Shown: one piece after another, positions 58,688 through 64,000 of the stretch
Layout of the letters: every line of letters starts with the position of its first letter
Position numbering within the stretch: position 1 is the first letter of the stretch
DNA from: Nemertoderma westbladi
Taxonomy: Eukaryota > Animalia > Xenacoelomorpha
DNA length: 64,000 nucleotides
Direction of reading: 5' to 3'
Assembly: GCA_032718475.1 (NCBI GenBank)
Contig: JAUCBJ010001841.1
Location: 49,755 to 113,754 of the forward strand
Notes under the pieces: generated by a model
Databases searched by the model: none
The model's input: the letters and a program-made list of their open reading frames with translations, nothing else
Told to the model about the DNA's origin: nothing
Made by a program: the position numbers and the translations under genes

Positions 58688-59941
58688 ATGGCAGATGAAA
58701 GTGATTCTCAGACCGGTGATGAGGAACAAGAGTACTGCGTCGCTCCACCAACTGTTAATAAAGAAATCGACACAATCAGCGGTATAAATGTTATTAGTTT
58801 TATATCAGAAGTGGAATCTATTGGCGGTACTTCCGAAGATATATCTCGAGTGATCAAACAGGAGTTCTGTACATATGAACAATCTGTTGATAATCAAATC
58901 GGCAACATAAACAGCGGTATAAACGTCATTAGTTTTCAAGAAGTGGAATCTATTTCTGGTACTTCCGAAGATAAATCTCGAGTTCTAGGACAAGAAATAA
59001 ATATTGAGGAACCATCAGTTGGACAAGGGGACATTTCTTTTAATAAATGTCAACAATTTAAGGGCGGTTCTTGTGACAAACAATTTACAGACAAAGGATA
59101 TCTAAAGAGACATATTGAATCAGTTCATACAGGCATCAAGTATAATTGCGTTTCTTGTAATAAACAATTTACTAACAAAGGGAATCTAAAGAGACATATT
59201 GAATCAGTTCATAAAGGTATCAAGTATAATTGCGTTTCTTGTGATAAACAATTTACTAACAAAGGGCATCTAAAGATACATATTGAATCAGTTCATAAAG
59301 GTGTCAAGTATAATTGTGATTCTTGTGACAAAAAATTTAGTGAGAAAAGGAATTTAAAGATACACATAAAATCAGTTCATAAAGGTGTCAAGTATAGTTG
59401 CGGTTCTTGTGACAAACAATTTAGTGAAAGAGGGTATCTACAGAAACACATAAAATCAGTTCATAAAGGTGTCAAGTATAATTGTGATTCTTGTGACAAA
59501 CAATTTAAAGACAAAGGATATCTAAAGATACATATTGAATCAGTTCATAAAGGTGTCAAGTATAATTGCGATTCTTGTGACAAACAATTTACAGACAAAG
59601 GAAATCTAAACATACACATAAAATCAGTTCATAAACGTGTGAAGTATAACTGTGCTTCTTGTGACAAACAATTTAATACCAAAGGAAATGTAAAGATCCA
59701 CATTGAATCAGTTCATAAAGGAATCAAGTATGGTTGCGTTTCTTGTGATAAACAAATTACTACCAAAGGGAATCTAAAGAGACATATTGAATCAGTTCAT
59801 AAAGGTTTCAAGTATAATTGCGGTTCTTGTGCCAAACAATTTACTAACAAACTGAATCTAAAGATCCACATAGAATCAGTTCATAAAGGAATCAAGTATG
59901 ATAGCGTTTCTTGTGATAAACAATTTATTTACAAAGGATAG
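58688..59941 (+). CDS. Tandem C2H2 zinc-finger protein (9 intact fingers, 28-aa period, HX4H type) with an acidic N-terminus
   Basis: ATG at 58688. Repeats of CxxCDKQFxxKGxLKxHIESVHKGxKYN. The array continues in degenerate form past the TAG at 59939-59941 to ~60055. Confidence 0.85.
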   Translation: MADESDSQTGDEEQEYCVAPPTVNKEIDTISGINVISFISEVESIGGTSEDISRVIKQEFCTYEQSVDNQIGNINSGINVISFQEVESISGTSEDKSRVLGQEINIEEPSVGQGDISFNKCQQFKGGSCDKQFTDKGYLKRHIESVHTGIKYNCVSCNKQFTNKGNLKRHIESVHKGIKYNCVSCDKQFTNKGHLKIHIESVHKGVKYNCDSCDKKFSEKRNLKIHIKSVHKGVKYSCGSCDKQFSERGYLQKHIKSVHKGVKYNCDSCDKQFKDKGYLKIHIESVHKGVKYNCDSCDKQFTDKGNLNIHIKSVHKRVKYNCASCDKQFNTKGNVKIHIESVHKGIKYGCVSCDKQITTKGNLKRHIESVHKGFKYNCGSCAKQFTNKLNLKIHIESVHKGIKYDSVSCDKQFIYKG

Positions 59942-60867
59942 CTAAAGATACACATTGAATCAATAGATAAAGGTATCAAGTTTAACTGCGTTTATTGTGA
60001 TAAATTGTTCACACAGAAAGGGTATATAAAAGGTACACATCAAATCAGTCCATAAAGAAAACAATTAAGAATTCTAATGGCAACTTCCGAATTCGATTCC
60101 ATACCGTTTTATGATGTAAAACCCAATCTGCGGACGGTCAGTCTGTCAGTCCAACTGTAACCTGTGCCTTTGACTTTCGTTTATTGTGGATAGTTAACAT
60201 TAATCACTGTTAATACTGTAATGGTTGTCGTCTTTGCTTGTCGGTTGTCAGCATAGCGTTTACACCCCAAGGTGTTGGTGTTGAATATTTATTCACATAA
60301 GCTCATATAGATTTTACGATTTAACGATATCATTTATTTGACATTATTGTACTGTAGGCCTATATAGCATTACATTATTTATATTATTCGATTAATTGGA
60401 ATTATTCGATATTACAGTGTTATGTTAACGTAAATTTGTAATACCATACCTTTCATTTCTAAGGATTATCGTTAAATCTTGGAGTGAATTTTGAAAATAA
60501 AAATACGTAGATGGCCGGGTCCAAAATGGCCCAAGAGGACCACATATTTGGGATAAGTCGATTTAGAAAAAAATTCGAAAAAATAGGTTATACTGTAGTT
60601 ATGACGTGTCAAGAGTTAAAAATCTGATGGAAATAATTTGAAATAGTCAACAGTCTTAACGGAATTTAAAATAAGTATCTGTCGGCTGAAATTAAATGTC
60701 AATTACCTTGACGCGCGGCAATATCGTCATAAATGTTCTTAATATGTGGCACTTTATATCCTGTTACAACACAAAATCTTAACCATCTTAACCGACGCGT
60801 GCACCGACTGATGCGATTTGCACCGACTCAAATATGGTCTGGGGGGGGGGGGGGGGGGTCCAACCCC

Positions 60868-60983
60868 AGGAGGCGTCTCACGAAAGTCATGGGCTGTCCA
60901 CCATGCTTATTTTCTCTATGGGGCTGCCAAAGCACAAGATTGTGCCCAGGCTGGTCCTCACGGCGAAAACAATGTCCTGCAAG
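60868..60983 (-). mobile_element. Short RTE family B fragment
   Basis: Matches 38983-39090 (gaaagtcatgggctgtccaccatgcttatt...ggctggtcctcacggcgaaa). Confidence 0.75.
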
Positions 60984-63590
60984 TACTACAGTAGTGTAGT
61001 ACTGTGGTGTTGAGTGTCGACATCAATGAAAATACTGTTCTCGTCGTTAATAAACCTGTTTATTGCGTGGGCGTTAGCTAAAAGCCATCTTAGCAAACAA
61101 GTATAATTATATACTCTGGCTAGCTAAGTTCCTCAATTCCTCAAACAACCGCTAACAGTCGCTGTGCAACAGCAATGTTGCAGGGGAAAGCAAGAGAAGT
61201 GGCAGGTTGACTGACGACAAGTAAAGCTAGAAATACTCTTTCATTTTAGGCCTATTATATTGTATAATTGAATTAGCCTAGCTTCAGCTTGAAATGGTTG
61301 AGCGTTTGATGATGACGTCTAACATTCACATTCCAAATGATTCTGATTTGCAATTCGGATGAATCTATCTCTTAAGTCCGAATTTGAAGTTCCAGTAGTA
61401 ATTCCGATGAGGAGATTTTATGGCTCCAGGGGCTCACAGAATCAGAAACAATACCGCATTACACATCAGTGACATCTGGGGAGTATGAAGGGATATTCAA
61501 AATTAAAACCACGGGGGGTGCTATCAGAAGAAGGAAGGATACGATGAAAACCAGGACCAGTTCGAATCCAATGGCAATCAAACCTCTCCATGTAAAATGG
61601 GAAGAGGTTTACATAAATTTGTTGTTATGAAAATATAATAATATTCGTACTTCCAGAGATCGTTAGATCTTCCACAATCCATAACTACGTTATCAATTTT
61701 TCAGTTATTTATTCAATTAAGAAATTGTAAAAAGTGTTTGATGGTTAAAAAAATTATTGATGGAATCTGTTTCTGATTCACTTACTTAGTACATGAACTC
61801 GTATTATTAATAATTAATATTATGGAATGATAATTATATTTGCTTATCTAACTAATAACATATTAAGCATGTAATAATTATATATTAACTATTTTGCATT
61901 AGCTGTGCCATATATGAGCCATCATGTAGTAAAATATTTGGGTAATTTGATATCTCCTATGCATAGCGTGGTATATGGTACACCAATAAAACGTATTATT
62001 ACATGAAAAATTGAAAACTGTTCATTTTTTTAATTTTATCTTAAAATTTCGCGAATCACCAATAAGACAAAAAATAATAAAAAAAAAAACTTTTCGCACA
62101 GGGTACCAAAAAAAATTTTGTACCATGCGTATTGCGGCTCTATATGTTTGAATGTTTTTTGAAAATTGGTCAACCTTACACAAACATATTACAAAAATGG
62201 ATCTGAAAAAATTCCTGAAAAATTTGTCGGATTGACACTAATTAGCACATTTCGTGTTGCTAAAAAATTTCATTGCATGCATATTTTTTGAAAATTTTTC
62301 GAAAAATCTAAGTATTTACATGCAAATACACTTTTGTATACAATACGACCACGCTGATTCCAAATCCGTTGTCTATTTTTTCACTGCAATTCAAGTTTTT
62401 CCGCAATTGCGAAATAATTTTTTTCGCATTTTACTATTTGCACTTTTCCTGCAATTGTGGTGCTTCTTAAAAATTCCAAAGTTTGACATAGAACTATACA
62501 CAATCTTGTAATAAATGGGTTCAGCGTTCAAAATAACCCAACATCACCGATATACAGTATACGGGATTGGATATAAGTTAACTGAAACAAGTAGTTTATT
62601 TTAAAATTATATATTTGAGAAAAGTTCTAGTAAGGGATCTTTTCATTTTCGAGCAATTTTGGGTAACTACAGCGTCTTATGATTGTCACCAATGAAATCA
62701 GCACATACGAAAATCTCAGTATGGGTGAGGATATTGGCGTTGTATCCTATTTCAAAATTTGAAATTTCACACTACTTGCACTTTTGGTGCTCTTGTGGTA
62801 CTTTTCACATTTCCAAATTTCAACACGAAATTTTACCCATTATTGTATTCAATGGGTTCGCTGTTCAAAATAACCGAATTTTGACGATTATTTTCACTAA
62901 ACAGTGAAGTTACCCCAAGGAAACTGAAATGTGAAATTTCAGTGCTGAAAAGTGCTCACATAGGTGTCACAGCTTCCTTATATTTCGAAAACTACAGGTC
63001 GTGTGAACTTCTAGTTATTTTATAAAATTTGGTGTTTGGGAACCAATAGTTTGGGGTTTGGGAACCTATTGTTTGGGGTATATAATGATAAATTTGAGGA
63101 ATTTACATGGAATATGGAGTTCCCTTGATCGACCATCTCTATAGAATCTAAAAAAAACAACAGCTACGGGGCTGGATTCCACCCCTGGATTAAAGATAGG
63201 GGGCTGGTTTAGGCTGGGTTAAAGATAGAATCTTCTTTTTTGACGACGAAATTTGAACAAAGTCCATTTACATACTCAAAATTTATTTAAACTTGAGCTG
63301 CACAGCATAACACCAAAACAGAACCCAATATCCAAAAAGCAAGCAATATTTTATATAAAAATTAAGTATAAAAGTTAAATAAAAATTGGTTTAATGTTGT
63401 TCAGCGGCTCTCTACTTACTCTCGAGGCATTTAATTTACCGGGCGCCAGCGAGGTTGTAATACGTAATTTAATTCTTAAATTTGTAATTTTTCGTTGCTA
63501 ATTCCATTAATAAAATAAAGAGCGATAAATTGAACTGTAGTATTTCATTCTTCCATATTTACCAATATTGGATAAAGAGGCGTAGCTAAA

Positions 63591-63618
<28 letters not shown>
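63591..63618 (+). repeat. Poly-G tract (~28 G) in a probable hAT-MITE remnant
   Basis: Homopolymer next to gggcgcc subterminal motifs. Confidence 0.85.
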
Positions 63619-63621
<3 letters not shown>

Positions 63622-64000
63622 TTTGCCCCTGGGCGCCAACCGAAAGGGGCGCCAAAATTGCTTTCTGAGTTGTTATAATTTGCATTTTTCGTTATTATAA
63701 ACATAACAATCTATAATTTCAAATGTAATCCTGGAATATTTTCAATATTACATTTGATAATAACTTACTTCTATATATAAAAGTCTGTTACCAAACTAAT
63801 AAATATCCCCCTAAAACAGACATCGGAGATATTAATTAATTATCGTGATAAAAATGACGGAATTTATTTACTGCTACTTACTGCCTTACTAAAACGAGCC
63901 CTAAATGGAGAGATAAAAGGGCGCCCTATCGTATAAAAGGCACCTGCGGGGAATAGAGGGCAACAATAAAATAACACTGAAAAATTGGAATTAGGGCAAC

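Overview
This is AT-rich, repeat-dense DNA from a eukaryote, most likely an invertebrate animal (spliceosomal GT-AG introns, metazoan genes and transposon families). Host genes: a 2-exon MPPED metallophosphoesterase (8176-10037 +), a single-ORF protein with a matrin/U1-type zinc finger (13753-15171 +), intronless NUDCD2 (16223-16699 +), a 12-exon MAK/ICK-family kinase reconstructed by hand (22095-53837 -, about 690 aa) and a tandem C2H2 zinc-finger gene (58688-59941 +). The 12-kb second intron of the kinase holds two complete intronless genes arranged head-to-head (MOGS -, MRPL1 +) and a near full-length RTE LINE. Its seventh intron carries two large minisatellite arrays (20-bp and 39-bp units) abutting the splice sites. 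Mobile DNA includes the 5' half of a BEL/Pao LTR element with an odd duplicated LTR start, two RTE LINE families with (TAG)n tails, other LINE fragments, hAT and PIF/Harbinger-type non-autonomous elements and many foldback repeats. The most notable observations are (1) a candidate HDV-like ribozyme at the exact 5' end of the RTE element and (2) three sequence-unrelated tRNA-headed palindromic elements of shared architecture, two with flanking direct repeats and a shared tail motif, one with a hammerhead-like core between its A and B boxes. All calls were made by eye; no searches or folding programs were run.
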